Translations under genes and position numbers: made by a program | Notes under the pieces: generated by a model | What the model saw: the letters and a program-made list of their open reading frames with translations, nothing else | Told to the model about the DNA's origin: nothing | Database searches by the model: none | Part shown: positions 11,499-23,667 of the stretch, piece by piece | Position numbering within the stretch: the stretch's first letter is position 1 | How the letters are laid out: every line of letters starts with the position of its first letter | Assembly: GCA_965603825.1 (NCBI GenBank) | Contig: CBFDEM010000056.1 | Span: 496,001-560,000 of the forward strand | Direction of reading: 5' to 3' | From: Blepharisma stoltei ATCC 30299 | Taxonomy: Eukaryota > Protista > Ciliophora | Length of the DNA: 64,000 bases

Positions 11499-12977
11499 TT
11501 AATGAAGTTCATTGCGCATAAATTTGACCGCATCGAAGAAATAAGCTTTTAGTGAGTTTCCTTTCCATTGCCTCTGTCCTATCAAGCTGGATGCTCTTAC
11601 TGCAGAGCTGACGTCTATGTATTCCACATATACTTTTCCAATGCAACGCTCAGAGTACCCTTCTGATTGTCGAGGGATAATGAGAGAAATTACAGTCCCG
11701 TATTTTGAGACTTCACTCATAACGTCATCATAAAGCTTTGTCAGTTCTGAGTCTTCCATGTGTCCTGCAGAATCAGCCATTCCTTCAATGCAGACTATAT
11801 TTGTAGATCCTTCTGGGTGGATTAAATAATTCAAAGAGGGGAAAAGATTTCCTGTTATGCATGGTAATCCCCCGAGCCCAGATATGTCTTCGTATGATCT
11901 ATGATCATATTCTAATCCAGGAGGCCCAACACCAGAAGCCATCAAATCTCGTTCACGTTTGGCTCTTTCTTGAGCAACTTCTTTGGCTCTGTGCTGCAAA
12001 ACTTCAATGGTTTGCTTTGCCCTTATAAATTCAGCTACACTTATGGGTCTGTTTCTAAACATAATAGTTTCAAAATTAGGCTGAATGCACCCTCCTGGGT
12101 ACTGAGTAATTAGTGAAAAATCAGGACCTTCACCTCTATAGATTCCTAACGATGTTTCAACTAATTCTTGCTCATATTGATTACTAATCACTTTTCTTAC
12201 AAGCAGAGTTTTCCCTCTCAGCTCCTTTCCATTTAGAGCCAAGCTGGCACGCTCAGCCTCAGACTGGTTTACATACTCACAAAATGCATAGCCTAGCGAC
12301 TGAAGCTCCTCTGGCTCTTTCATAAGACAAAAAGCCTTCAATGGGCCAAATGCTTGCATTATTTCTTTAATGTGCTCTTCATGCAAATCTTTATTGAGAC
12401 CGCCAATCAGAATTTTGTTCATTTCATCGTCAACAAAAGGTGATATCAGTCCGACTTTATTTAAATTCACCCTTGGGACAACCACATCAACCTTAATATC
12501 TTTATTATAGAAATCAGCAGGACGTCTAATTACAAGTCTTCGATTATCGTGCTCTAAGCCATCTAGTGTTAACGCTGCCTCTGTTTCTTCGAGAGAACGG
12601 AACTCAAGATACATGCAACTAAATTGAGGCAGATAAAAGGAACAAGTGATTGGGTCACCTGGCCTAATAATTCCTCCATAATCAATCAAAATTTTGCTTA
12701 TGCGATCCCTCAATTTTTTTTCTTGTGTGTCCTTTGAGATGTTTCCAATATAAATTCTTCTTGCATGTCTTGTAGATACCAGATCAATTGGTAGGGGCTT
12801 TTGCTCTGTTTCATATGCAATCAAAGCTCTTTGGATCTCGATAGGTTGTGGAGGTCTGTCAAAATTAGAGATTCTTTGTCTTCGAGGTAGTGGGTTAGCA
12901 AAGACTTCACTCCTCCTATGACGATGCCGGTGTTTGTTGTGCTTGCTGCGAGATTCACTATCACTTCTCTTTCCCAT
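11499..12977 (-). CDS. U2AF2: Splicing factor U2AF large subunit (divergent)
   Basis: STRHARRIYIGNI (RRM1), IRRPADF, KILIGGL...GYAFCEY (RRM2), C-terminal UHM (EVSKYGTVISLIIPR...GKVYVEY). Start at MGKRSD 12977. Confidence 0.88.
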   Translation of the reverse strand: MGKRSDSESRSKHNKHRHRHRRSEVFANPLPRRQRISNFDRPPQPIEIQRALIAYETEQKPLPIDLVSTRHARRIYIGNISKDTQEKKLRDRISKILIDYGGIIRPGDPITCSFYLPQFSCMYLEFRSLEETEAALTLDGLEHDNRRLVIRRPADFYNKDIKVDVVVPRVNLNKVGLISPFVDDEMNKILIGGLNKDLHEEHIKEIMQAFGPLKAFCLMKEPEELQSLGYAFCEYVNQSEAERASLALNGKELRGKTLLVRKVISNQYEQELVETSLGIYRGEGPDFSLITQYPGGCIQPNFETIMFRNRPISVAEFIRAKQTIEVLQHRAKEVAQERAKRERDLMASGVGPPGLEYDHRSYEDISGLGGLPCITGNLFPSLNYLIHPEGSTNIVCIEGMADSAGHMEDSELTKLYDDVMSEVSKYGTVISLIIPRQSEGYSERCIGKVYVEYIDVSSAVRASSLIGQRQWKGNSLKAYFFDAVKFMRNELH

Positions 12978-13145
12978 AATAATTATTAAATAAGTCAAGA
13001 ATATGACGCCTTAAAAATGCAGTTTTTTGGTCACAGATTTAGTATCAAACGACTGTATTTCATTTTCAGAAGGTGCTAAAAAGCATTTAACTTATATGAA
13101 AAGATAATGCTTTATAATAGTTTAGCTATCTGTTTTATAATATAA

Positions 13146-14687
13146 ATGGTGGACTTGAGAAAAGTAATTGGGATCATACTTCTCATCAACGTAGCGTTTC
13201 TACTATTTTTCCATAGTGCTGGAGCAACGTCAGAGACCCCAATAGTGTACCAGCAAACTCTTGCCCCATTGTTTGAAGATAAGAAGCCATGGCCAGTATT
13301 CTTATCTCCACAATGGGATGAGTATGAGTCTACTAGCAATTTCACTGGAACTTTTCAAAACTTGAAAAAAGACATGAACTACTGCACCAAAGTCAAGGAA
13401 TTCCAAGACAAGTACCCACTTCCCTTTAAAGCTGATGGGCTGCCACCTCGAGAAAATAGGGTAGTTTATTGTGACTACTCCAAGTCTATGTTTGTACACA
13501 AAGTGGTGGAAGAGAAATCAAGAACTGTTTTAACGAATCATTGGGCAGGAATAAAGGATGCTCCTGAAAAGGACGATTTGAGGCCTGATATCACGATGTT
13601 TTTCCAATTAACTAGCAGCTGGCACAGAAACTTCAAAATTGGGTCTCAATTTCTCTGTCCTGGGCAGCTTTACAACCATATCCCTGGAAATGCGTATTTG
13701 AATTTCAAGGATTTGACTGCTTTGACCATGAGGGAATATGGAAAATATTATGAAGGAAGAGAAAAATGCTTCAACCCATGGGAAGTCATGCCCCACACTT
13801 TAGTGCTTTTTGAGAAAGAACAATGTGAAGAGTTTGTGGAATCTTTAAAAAAGGATAAAAATCCTGATAAAATCAAGTGGATCTATAAGAAGTCTAGGTA
13901 CAGTCACAATGGAAGCGGACTGCAAGTAGTTGATGCACAGATCGCTAAAGAATTATTAGAGCTATACTCCAAACCTCAAGGGTGTGAAAACAAGAACGAT
14001 AAATACCTTGCGCAGAAATATATTCCTAATCCTTTTCTCATAAACGGCAAAAAATTCGATTTCAGAGCTTATATGTTTATAGCCAGCACAGATCCTCTCA
14101 TGATTTTATATCACGATGGCTTTTTAAGAGTATCTATGGCAGACTATGATGAAGACTCCTCAAACCCAGCAGTTTATTTAACAAACACTCATATCACAGA
14201 AGACTACTTAAAGTCTAAAAATATGACTCAGGATGATTACAACCAGTTCATGGAAGATCAAGGCTGGGACTTTGATCATTTTAACAGGTTTATGGTGAAC
14301 AGCGGACATGTTGATAAGAACTGGATGAACGATTATGTTAAGAAATACATAAAATGGGCAATGTTCCATATAGTAAGAATGAACCTAGACCATCTACTGA
14401 GACACCCAGGAGTGTTCGAGATATATGGCTTAGATTTCTTATTAGACGAAGACTTTAAGCTGTGGTTCATTGAGTTGAACTTAACACCTTCTATTGCAGC
14501 CACCTCAAAAGAAAAAGAAAAAATCAACAAGAAATTCGTCAGCGACCAAATTGATTTGGAATATGCAAGACTCTATGGGGCTGATTTTGATAGCATTTTG
14601 AAAACAACCAATTTCGAATGGGTTTATGATGGTAGGAAGCAAGAAATGGAGAGGTATCATGGCTTAATAACGCCAGATTGCGTTTAG
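13146..14687 (+). CDS. Tubulin-tyrosine-ligase-family ATP-grasp protein with N-terminal signal peptide/type II anchor
   Basis: NHIPG, WIYK, AQKYIPNPFLINGKKFDFRAY, YLTN, FEIYGLDFLLDEDFKLWFIELNLTPS; N-terminus MVDLRK-VIGIILLINVAFLLFF. Confidence 0.85.
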   Translation: MVDLRKVIGIILLINVAFLLFFHSAGATSETPIVYQQTLAPLFEDKKPWPVFLSPQWDEYESTSNFTGTFQNLKKDMNYCTKVKEFQDKYPLPFKADGLPPRENRVVYCDYSKSMFVHKVVEEKSRTVLTNHWAGIKDAPEKDDLRPDITMFFQLTSSWHRNFKIGSQFLCPGQLYNHIPGNAYLNFKDLTALTMREYGKYYEGREKCFNPWEVMPHTLVLFEKEQCEEFVESLKKDKNPDKIKWIYKKSRYSHNGSGLQVVDAQIAKELLELYSKPQGCENKNDKYLAQKYIPNPFLINGKKFDFRAYMFIASTDPLMILYHDGFLRVSMADYDEDSSNPAVYLTNTHITEDYLKSKNMTQDDYNQFMEDQGWDFDHFNRFMVNSGHVDKNWMNDYVKKYIKWAMFHIVRMNLDHLLRHPGVFEIYGLDFLLDEDFKLWFIELNLTPSIAATSKEKEKINKKFVSDQIDLEYARLYGADFDSILKTTNFEWVYDGRKQEMERYHGLITPDCV

Positions 14688-14766
14688 GATTCATTATATT
14701 TTTAGGATTAATCATTTAAAGTTTAGCTTATCTGTTTAAGATTCATAGATTATAGTATTTAGAGAA

Positions 14767-16299
14767 ATGGTAAGCGTTGAAAGTGGCTTGCTGCAGCTTA
14801 TGCTTGCATCGCCCCCTAGCACACAATACTGGCTGATTGGGACTGATTTTCACGCCATCAACATGATTCCTTTAATTCCAATTGAAGAAGCCAAAGCATT
14901 GATTCCTGGAGGTCTTGATGTTCTGGGCCAATTTTACTCTTCTGACCAGATGGCTGACTATTTGAAGATAAGCCGAGACCTGAATATGAATCCTGCGATG
15001 TACATTGTTAAGCAGAATGAAATTTGCATAAGCTACATAGTTGAAGGGCCACTTTTATCACAGAAAGACATTTCTGCAAGAGAAGCTCCTCAATTCACAG
15101 TCTTGTTTTCTCATTCTGTCTTGCCAGTCTTTAGTTTAACACAGCCGAATTGTTTTTCTTATATCAACCGAACAGTCTTATTTCAGTTTGGAAGCCAATA
15201 TGTGGAGCTTTCAAATGAGCCGACTTGAAATTCGCTCGGAATAAAAGGCCAAAGCTTAAATCCTGTACAAATCCTTTATAAATTGACAGAAGAAGGCGAT
15301 GGAAATGCTCCATTGTTAGAAATTTTGCCGCAGACGAGGTCTTATTCTCTTGACATTTCCTGATGCAGCGCATTCAAGGAATCTAAAAGTTTGGTGGATG
15401 CTCTTGAAATTCATCTTGACAAGCTAAAAGAAATTGCAATGTATATCATAAACTGCTTGAAAGAAAATCCGACAAAGTCCGCTTCTTGCTACTGCTTTTA
15501 CAATGACTATTGCAGCCACCCTTTTAACGTCGTCTACTTATTTAATGAATGGGAAGAAGAAGGCGAAGAACTCCTAGCTCAAAGGAGAAGAATTCATGAG
15601 CTGCTTAGGTTTCCCCTAGACTGGCCTCTGGTTAGAAGCTACTGTACAATAACTGAGCCTCAAGGACTTAGGGATATTCATCTTCCTCTGCTTAAAAGGA
15701 CTTCAAAAGATGTCGGCACAAAGTATTGTGTGAGAGGCCACTATTCTTATTTTCATTACTCTCAGGATGGATTCGATGATAGAGGCTGGGGCTGCGCCTA
15801 TAGAAGCTTGCAGACCTTGATTTCGTGGATCCGTGAGCAAAAGTTTATTTCAAAAGAAATCCCATCACATTATCAGATTCAAAAAATACTTGAAGAGGCT
15901 GGAGACAAGCCAAAAGAATTTATAGGCAGCAAAGAGTGGATCGGAGCATTTGAAGTCATGCTCATTCTTGATCTTTACTGTGGGATTACCTGCAAAATCA
16001 TGAACTTAGCATCTGGAGCTGAATTCTCCTCAAAAGGAAGGGAACTTGCAGCGCATTTTACTGATGAAGGAAGCCCTGTAATGATAGGAGGAGGTGTTTT
16101 AGCTTACACCCTTCTAGGTGTAGATTATAACGAAGACACTGGCGACACCCGCTTTTTAATTCTCGATCCTCACTACACAGGAGCAGATGTCCCGAAAACT
16201 ATCCTGGACAAAGGATGGTGCGCTTGGAAAAGTGCTGATATTTTTAGGCAAGACTCCTTCTACAACCTTTGCCTGCCCCAAAGACCCAGATACATTTAA
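14767..16299 (+). CDS. UFSP2: UFM1-specific protease 2 (peptidase C78), about 510 aa
   Basis: ORFs 14767 and 15391 joined by TGA at 15226 and 15361. YSQDGFDDRGWGCAYRSLQT, PVMIGGGVLAYT, LILDPHYTG. Confidence 0.92.
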
Positions 16300-16319
16300 T
16301 AGTAATAATTATTAATTTT

Positions 16320-18467
16320 ATGGAAAAGGTGGAAGACCTATGATGGGAAGATGAAGTTAACGAAAAATACCAGCTTCTCAAAAAGTTCATGTATTCACTC
16401 TGGGTGATCGGGGTGAGCTTGCTGGTTTTCTTAAATGTGTTTTTTGATTCATTTTTTGAGTTCTTACCAATTCACCTCCCTTACCTTATTATTCATTCTA
16501 TTGGCAGCTTTGGGACTTGGCTTATCGGCACAAAAAGTGTAACTTACAAATGCCTTTACTCAATTCTTTATTCAGAGTATGCAGGTTTCGTGTTTTGAAC
16601 GATGGGGAATTATGAATGAAGAGCTCACAGTATGCTATTTGAAATGATTTCTCTTATCTTTATAAACAGCTTTGAATTGCCATTTGTCAGGAAAGGATTT
16701 TTTAAAACCCTTATAATTTTCAAGCATATTTTCCTGTGGTATTATTTGAAATCAGTGACTGGTGAACAGGAGTTTTCAGTTGACCACATGCCTCATTTAA
16801 TTGCATTCCTTACCTTATTTCTTTATAACTTGAATTCATACTATCTCAAAGAAAAATCCTTAAACCGATTTACGTATAGACGAAACCTGGAAATCGCTGA
16901 AGAACGGCTAGGATTATTACTGAACTTGCACACTGATGGAATCCTGGTATTTTCTGAGAGCTCTGTTTTATACACTAACATCCATACAACCAGGCTGTTA
17001 GGATGCAGGCCATGCGAGATAATAAATGAGCTCTCAAAAATTGAATACTGCAATGGGAAAAAATATTCAAGCTTAACTAGTTCAAATAAATTGATGGATG
17101 ATGTCCATCTTATTCACGTTTTACCTGCTGGTGAAGAAGTTATGCTTGGGATATGTCAAAGGCAAGGAAACAATCTAGAGTGGAAAGGAAGGAAATTGAT
17201 GTTTGAAGGGTCAGAGTGCGTACTGCTGAGCATAAGGGATGTGAACCATATGATTCAGCTAGAGCAAACAATTTCTGATAACACTCTAAAGAATGTGCTT
17301 TTAAGATCTGTTTCTCATGAGTTGAGAACTCCAATTAATGCTATCACCTTCTTGACTGACAGCTTGATTTGTGAAAATAACACAATTGAAAGGGAGCTCT
17401 GTAAGCTGAAATTGGATATGATTTCGCTTTCTTCTAAACTCTTGCTTTCTCTTGTTAATGATTTATTAGACTATTCCAAGATGATAACTGGGGCTTTTTC
17501 AATCAAAAAGGCAAAGTTCCGATTATACGAAGTCATAAATGATGCTATACAACTTATCAAACTCCAAGCTGAGAAAAAAGGACTAACACTTATTTTAAGA
17601 TATGATCCATCCTTGCCGCAATTTGTGTTCTCAGATTCGCTCAGACTGAAGCAAGCTCTTTTGAACCTTCTCAGCAACTCCTTAAAGTTCACAATAAAAG
17701 GATCAATTGAAGTTATATGTATAATGGGCATGAAGGGAAAATTAAAAATAAAAGTTAAGGACACAGGAATCGGGATTTCTGAAAACAAAATCAATGATCT
17801 TTTCAAAGAGTTCAATACAGAGAGGCATGAAACTCTGAATCCTCAAGGATGTGGGCTTGGCTTGTATATTTCCAGTAGAATTGTTAAAGATCTAGGTGGA
17901 GACTCAGTTAAAGTAAAATCTCAAATCGACGTCGGCTCTTCTTTTAGCTTTGAAATTGATATTTTTGAAGAAAATTCACTAGATCCTCATCAATACGAAT
18001 CTGGAAAAAGTTTTAGCACAGATGAGCAGAATTTTATAATATCTCCTCCAGATTTCCAAGCACTGTGTACAGAAAAGGAGCCCACTTCTGTTTTAATTGC
18101 AGACGATAATGATATTAATAGAATCATGCTGGGGAATCTGCTGTCAAAGTATAAAATCTCTTTTGATGAGGCTTGCACAGGAAAAGAAGCAATAAGGCTT
18201 GTTGAAAAAATGAGCAAACTCAATAGGCCATATAAAGTGATTATCATGGACGGAAGCATGCCTGAGTTAAATGGATGGGATGTATCAAATCTTATAAACA
18301 GAATGTATTTCGAATATGAAATCAGCTATCTTCCAGTTATTATTGGGTATACAGCATTTAACTCTGAAGAAGAAATTACTTTGTGCTACCAAAGCGGGAT
18401 GAGTTATTGCTTGTTGAAGCCTTGTAACCCAGATGAATTAATTTCCACAATCAGGAAATACATTTAA
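16320..18467 (+). CDS. Hybrid histidine kinase 1 (multi-TM sensor, PAS-like, HisKA, HATPase, receiver), about 715 aa
   Basis: ATG 16320 in frame via TGA. SVSHELRTPINAI, LLNLLSNSLKFT, DTGIGI, GCGLGL, IADDN, IIMDGSMPELNGW, LLKP. Confidence 0.92.
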
Positions 18468-19187
18468 ATGCAATAATAATTAATTTTGGCATAATAATTT
18501 GGAACTAAGAGCCTATGATATCAATTTTCAAATAAAACAATTAGTATTATATTTAATTTCATTTCTAGACAGTAAATAAACGGCTACATGCTTTCCTCCT
18601 GCAAGTTTAGGCAGTAATTCATTGCCTCCGAAAATGCTCAGAAATCTTTAAATTACCTGCGAATGTGTTATATTAAATAAAATCGACCAAATTCTCTCCA
18701 TTACCTAAAGTAAAAAGCAAAAAAATGATCGCATATAGACTTATAGTATTTTTACTTACAAATTTCAATCATTTTTACTGAGCTTTTAAATGGCATTAAA
18801 GCTTAAAATAAACATTCATCGAAAATTACATTCGAAATTAATTGTGCAATGCATTATATCAAATTTAGTCAAATGCATCCTAAAACATGAATTATATTGA
18901 TCTCTATGCAAAATTTTGTTCACTAGTTAAGAAGAGGATTAAATGTAGAACTAAATTCCTTTTTAAGATGTGTTATAAGTATAGAACAATTTTGGGAAAT
19001 TCAATCATCTTCTTAAAAGCCAATATCCCATTTTTAGATATTCCTAATTATATTTTAAAAAATCCTATTTATTTAAAAATCGAAGCCTAGCTCTACAGCA
19101 AAGCTTCATTAGAATAAAATCAAGTAAGATTAAATTTTCTGATCTTCCCTAATAATTAAAGCTAATAAATTTCATTTAAAAAAGAAT

Positions 19188-19772
19188 ATGAGCAATCCAG
19201 ATGAGTACATCTCAGTAATGATAGAATCTGATGAAGCCTTTAGATCCCAGTTCGATCCGTCAAGCCAATCATATCACAATGGAGACCCCACACCAGTTCC
19301 TCTAGGCGGTGAGCGAGTACCCGAATCTATGCCGACAGCTTACGATCCCAATGGCTATCAGCAAGACACTCCAATGGATCCTGCTTACTATTACTTGAGC
19401 GATGCTAGAAACCTCTTTCTCAATTTCAAAAAAGCTCTATCCCAAATCTGCCCAAATGTCGAAGCAGTTATGAGAGCTCGAAAATTTAAAGATCCAGTGA
19501 AAAAGCAGCAGGAAATGGAAAAAAGACATATGGGACTTCTTCAATCTTTAGAAGTAGCTCAAGGAATTGCAGTAGAGCTTTCACAGTACGTTGACGTGAT
19601 TCCTGACTACGGAGAAGTGATCAACGAGGTTTTCCAAAGAGGACTGGTTGAGTACAATTCAAAAGATGAATATGGTGAATACATGCGCTATATGACCTTG
19701 CTGACTCAGAGAGTATTCAAGGACAGCCAAGATATTTTGATGAGAATGAAAGTAATAAAAAGCCAATCGTAA
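19188..19772 (+). CDS. Hypothetical 194-aa protein, no recognisable family
   Basis: Uninterrupted ORF with coding-like composition flanked by AT-rich DNA. Confidence 0.75.
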   Translation: MSNPDEYISVMIESDEAFRSQFDPSSQSYHNGDPTPVPLGGERVPESMPTAYDPNGYQQDTPMDPAYYYLSDARNLFLNFKKALSQICPNVEAVMRARKFKDPVKKQQEMEKRHMGLLQSLEVAQGIAVELSQYVDVIPDYGEVINEVFQRGLVEYNSKDEYGEYMRYMTLLTQRVFKDSQDILMRMKVIKSQS

Positions 19773-19900
19773 TATTTATTTATTCAAAAATAAATATTTA
19801 TGTTGCATATATAATTTGATATTTGCCTTTATTTAGATGAACATTTGAATAAAGCGCAGCTGAATTTTATATTATGAAATTAAAATTATATATTTTTATA

Positions 19901-22900
19901 CTAATCTATCAAATAAGAGTAGTCTTTCCCGTCTTCCCTCATTAAGAGTATTGCACGAGAATTCATACTTCACATAACACTGACAGTGTCTAGAATATCT
20001 CTATATTTTTTCCCTGCCCTCTGCACTTCTGGCAGCTGTAGTGTTTTAAAAGGCTTTAAATTCATGGAATTAATAAATCCTCCAAAAAAGCCTGCATCCA
20101 ATTTTCAAATCCTAAGTGATTGGTCATCAGAGGAGTAAGAGACTAACCGAGTTCCGCATTTACTAAAATGAACTGCACAAATAGGGCCATCATGACCTTC
20201 GAGAATTTTTAATCTTGTTGCTGTTTTTAAGTCATAAATTATTATCAGGTTGCTTAAAGTCCCTACTGCTAATCTTTGTTTTTCTTGAGAAAAAGCCACC
20301 ATTGGCAATTTCAAGACCATCTGCTGCAAAACTTCGCCTGCTTTTTCAATGCATAATTTTCTTATTTGTACATTATGAGGATCTAGCGTTTTAAGCACAA
20401 GCTCAACGATATAAGTCATGTAAACTGGGATTTCCTCATATTTTTTATTAATAAGCACCTGCAATGCAATTAAGCAAGAAAGAGGGTAGCATTTGTGCTT
20501 TTCTGTGTCAAGAATTTCATCAGCAATGAATTCCAAAAAGAGGTTCATGTCTCAAATTGCAATGGATATAAGTGATTTGTAATAAAGTTTATTTAAATCA
20601 GACTCTCTGCAGCTGCAAAGCAAGATTTCGCAAATAAACTCTTTGACTTGGCTCAGATTTAACACTGTTCTTAAAACTTTCATGCATTTTCCAATTATAT
20701 CAGCTGCCAAGATAAAATAATTTTTTTGCCCAGATTTCAGCATACTCTTTAAGGACACTACAAGTCCATTGACATCTTTGTCTTTAATGTGTTTTGATTC
20801 CAATGACAGGTAGCCTAGAAGCAAAGAAGATAATGCTTGAATTGTTCCTGAAGGGATACAAGACTCTTTATTGATTGATATAAACGAGTCTTGAAAACTA
20901 TTTTTACGGCTCCCAGGCTGCTTTATATTTAGCAAGCTTGAGGCAGCAATGAAAACTCTTTTTTTATTTCGTTTTGGAATAAGGGGTAGATTTGTCTGCA
21001 TAAGAGCGACAGCTATTTTATTTCCAGAAACTGCCATCAGCCCAAGAACCGATAAATCCGGATACTTATAATTAGCTAGATGTGGAGAATAATTCGCGTG
21101 CGTAAGCTGGTATAACTTTTGTTTAACTTTTCTTTTAATGGGCTTAAGGGATTCAATAATGTTAAAAAGTGATAAATTCAGCGCTGCAGAGCAATAAGGT
21201 GAAATACCATATTTATCTTTTGGCTGAGGTAATATAAATGAAAGAGAGTTATCAATTCCAACGATCCCTAAGTATCCATTAACTGCAGGCTCAATCAATT
21301 CAAAGCAATTTCTTAATTCTGAAACTACTGACATGTGAAATTTGCATGTAGAATGCCAACATGTCAGCAAGCTGAGGACGTGCTCTAAGCATCCACCTGG
21401 ATTGTCGATGTTTCGGATGGCATGAGCAATCCCTTGTCCATTTAAATGCAGCACAGGAAACTCACAGCTGCCAATAATAACACTATCCACATATAACGCT
21501 GGCTTATAATATGGAATAAATTGCTGCCTTAAATTAAATTGTAGCGCATCAACTAGAAAGTCATTATTTTCATGCTGATCTACAACCTCGCTTTCAATTC
21601 TTTTTCGAAGTGGCTTTCTTAAAAGCATGCAAGATCCAAATCCTGACATGACTCGCTCAAGTGCTTGGATAATCATATTATAAACGTAAACATAACCATC
21701 TTCACAAGCAACCACCAAATATTCTAAAAGAACATGAACTTTAGCTTCGATAATTTTAGAATGCAAAGCTTGAAAGTAGCAAATAACACTATTTGTTATC
21801 ATTGAAATCAAAACAATAGACCCATCTTCACACTGTGCTAGCAAAGTTTTTTCCCAGTTTTTCCATGAATGTTCCCAAAATTGTTCATTGATACTTTCTA
21901 CAGTATCTTCGATACAGCTAACACCAATCACATACTTAACAGGGCTACCATATAAATCAATTACTGAAAGCGGCTCGTGCTTATTTACTTCGGATTTGTC
22001 AAGAATTGCATGAGATCCATTAATAGTTGAATACGTCCTCTTTAAAGCTGAAACTTCTGGTCTTCTTGGGCTAGGGAGAAGAAAATCATTATACTCCTCA
22101 TTAGAAAATTCTCAAAGACACATTACATTATCAGTACTGCAAGTAATTAGCTTTCCTTTGGCAAGGTGAATGCACGTAATTTCTGTTTTGTGGTAAAGAT
22201 AAGTTCGCACCGGCTGCAAAGGGTGAAAAGGGCAAACGAAAATTTTTCCTGAAGTAGTCCCTACTACAAAATAAGGCCATGAATCGCAGAGCACTACGTT
22301 AGAGACAGCAATAGTTTCTCCAATTTTAAATAAATGATGCAGCCTTTTATCTGCAAAATGCCCAAAATCTGTCATTTTGAATGAAAATTTCATAGTTTCT
22401 GATGGTAGGAGCTCTTCATTTCTAATTTTACTTAAATCATGCAAAAAAATGCAGTTTTTCCATGTGGAAAACAACTTGTTATTAAGGCTTTGTGCATTAT
22501 ACAGCGGAGTGCCAGTCTTTGCTACTACAAGTTCAATATCATCAAGATGAAAGACCCTTCCATCTTCCATGCTTATTGCTTTCAATAAAGCTGGAATATA
22601 ATCCTCTCCCCCATCATTTATGCCTATTTCATCAAGTATTCTTTCAATTGGGTATCTCATAATTTTGTCACTTTCTATCACTATATATAAAAATTCTTCA
22701 TAAAATTCAGCAAAAATAATGGTTTCAGCAGTATTTAATATAGCTTTGTCTCTATCTAAAATTTTAAATCAAGATGAGTGATAAATTTCTAATTTATTTT
22801 CAAAAACAACTGCAATAAGTGAGCCATCTTTGCTGCAGCTAAATTTTTTCGCGCTTTCTGCTTCATCTAAGGCTAACGTAAAATAAGAATCAGTGTTAAT

Positions 22901-23509
22901 TTTCAAAATTTCTGTTTTTTCAAAGCAAAAATTTTTGAGATCTGGGATACTTCAAAACGATATCTCATTTCTATTGCTGAGCCCCATTAACTGGCTCGAG
23001 TTTCCGTCTGATTCTATTTTAATTCATACTAATGGACTTTTCATAACAAAACAACAGACTTTGCACATACTTCACAAATCAATCAGAAAAATTTCGCAGA
23101 TTTCTCCTGAAATCGCAGCTATTCGGTTTTGAATCACTATCAGTTTATCAAGCCTTGTGGCGTCTGGAAGTAACGAACTTTGTGAAGCGCTCATGCATCT
23201 CCCATCCTCAGAATCTCAATTTCTTATTTTATGATCAGAATGAAGCGATATAATCCATTTCTCACAACTTACTAGTTCAGGATAAGGAGGCCTTGCAAAA
23301 GCCAAGGCACGGCATTCCATTTCTTTTGAAATTGTGCAAACTATGTCAGCTTTGTATTGGTCATCATGCAATTTTCATATGATTATTTCTCCAGTTTCGC
23401 TCCCAGTGCAGAATAAATCGGTGTCAAGAGCAATGCATAAGATGTTATGAACGATTTCAGGGCTATTTTTGTTCCAAAATATAAAAGACAGAGGCGCTGA
23501 GCAGGACAT
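19901..23509 (-). CDS. WD40 protein, WDR7/WDR72 (rabconnectin-3 beta)-like, about 1200 aa
   Basis: ATG 23509 (SFIFWNK...TGSETGEIII[W]K). ORFs 22112, 20552 and 20105 share a frame via TGA. VELVLKTLDP, LPMVAF...RLAVG...IYDLKT...LEGHDGPI. Ends TAG at 19901. Frame not read codon by codon throughout. Confidence 0.8.
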
Positions 23510-23667
23510 TTATTTTTTACTTGACTCATATTTTAAATATCTCAAAATGATGTATGAGCTTTTTAATTAAAAAGCTAAAATATTACTGGAAAAGTAAGTA
23601 TAAGTGGAAATTTGAGATTTTTATTTTTAAGAAAGGGAGCTTCGATATAATATTTTAGCATTTTAAA

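Noticed and set aside
14685-14687. UAG=Gln or UAR=Gln code
   Set aside because: TAG and TAA end genes at their expected C-termini (TTL-family, WDR7-like, DUSP, TBC, RBR). In intact genes in-frame TAA appears only inside tiny introns.
16320-18467. Histidine kinases as bacterial contamination
   Set aside because: They use TGA=Trp, have host-like composition and lie 20 bp from a eukaryotic gene.
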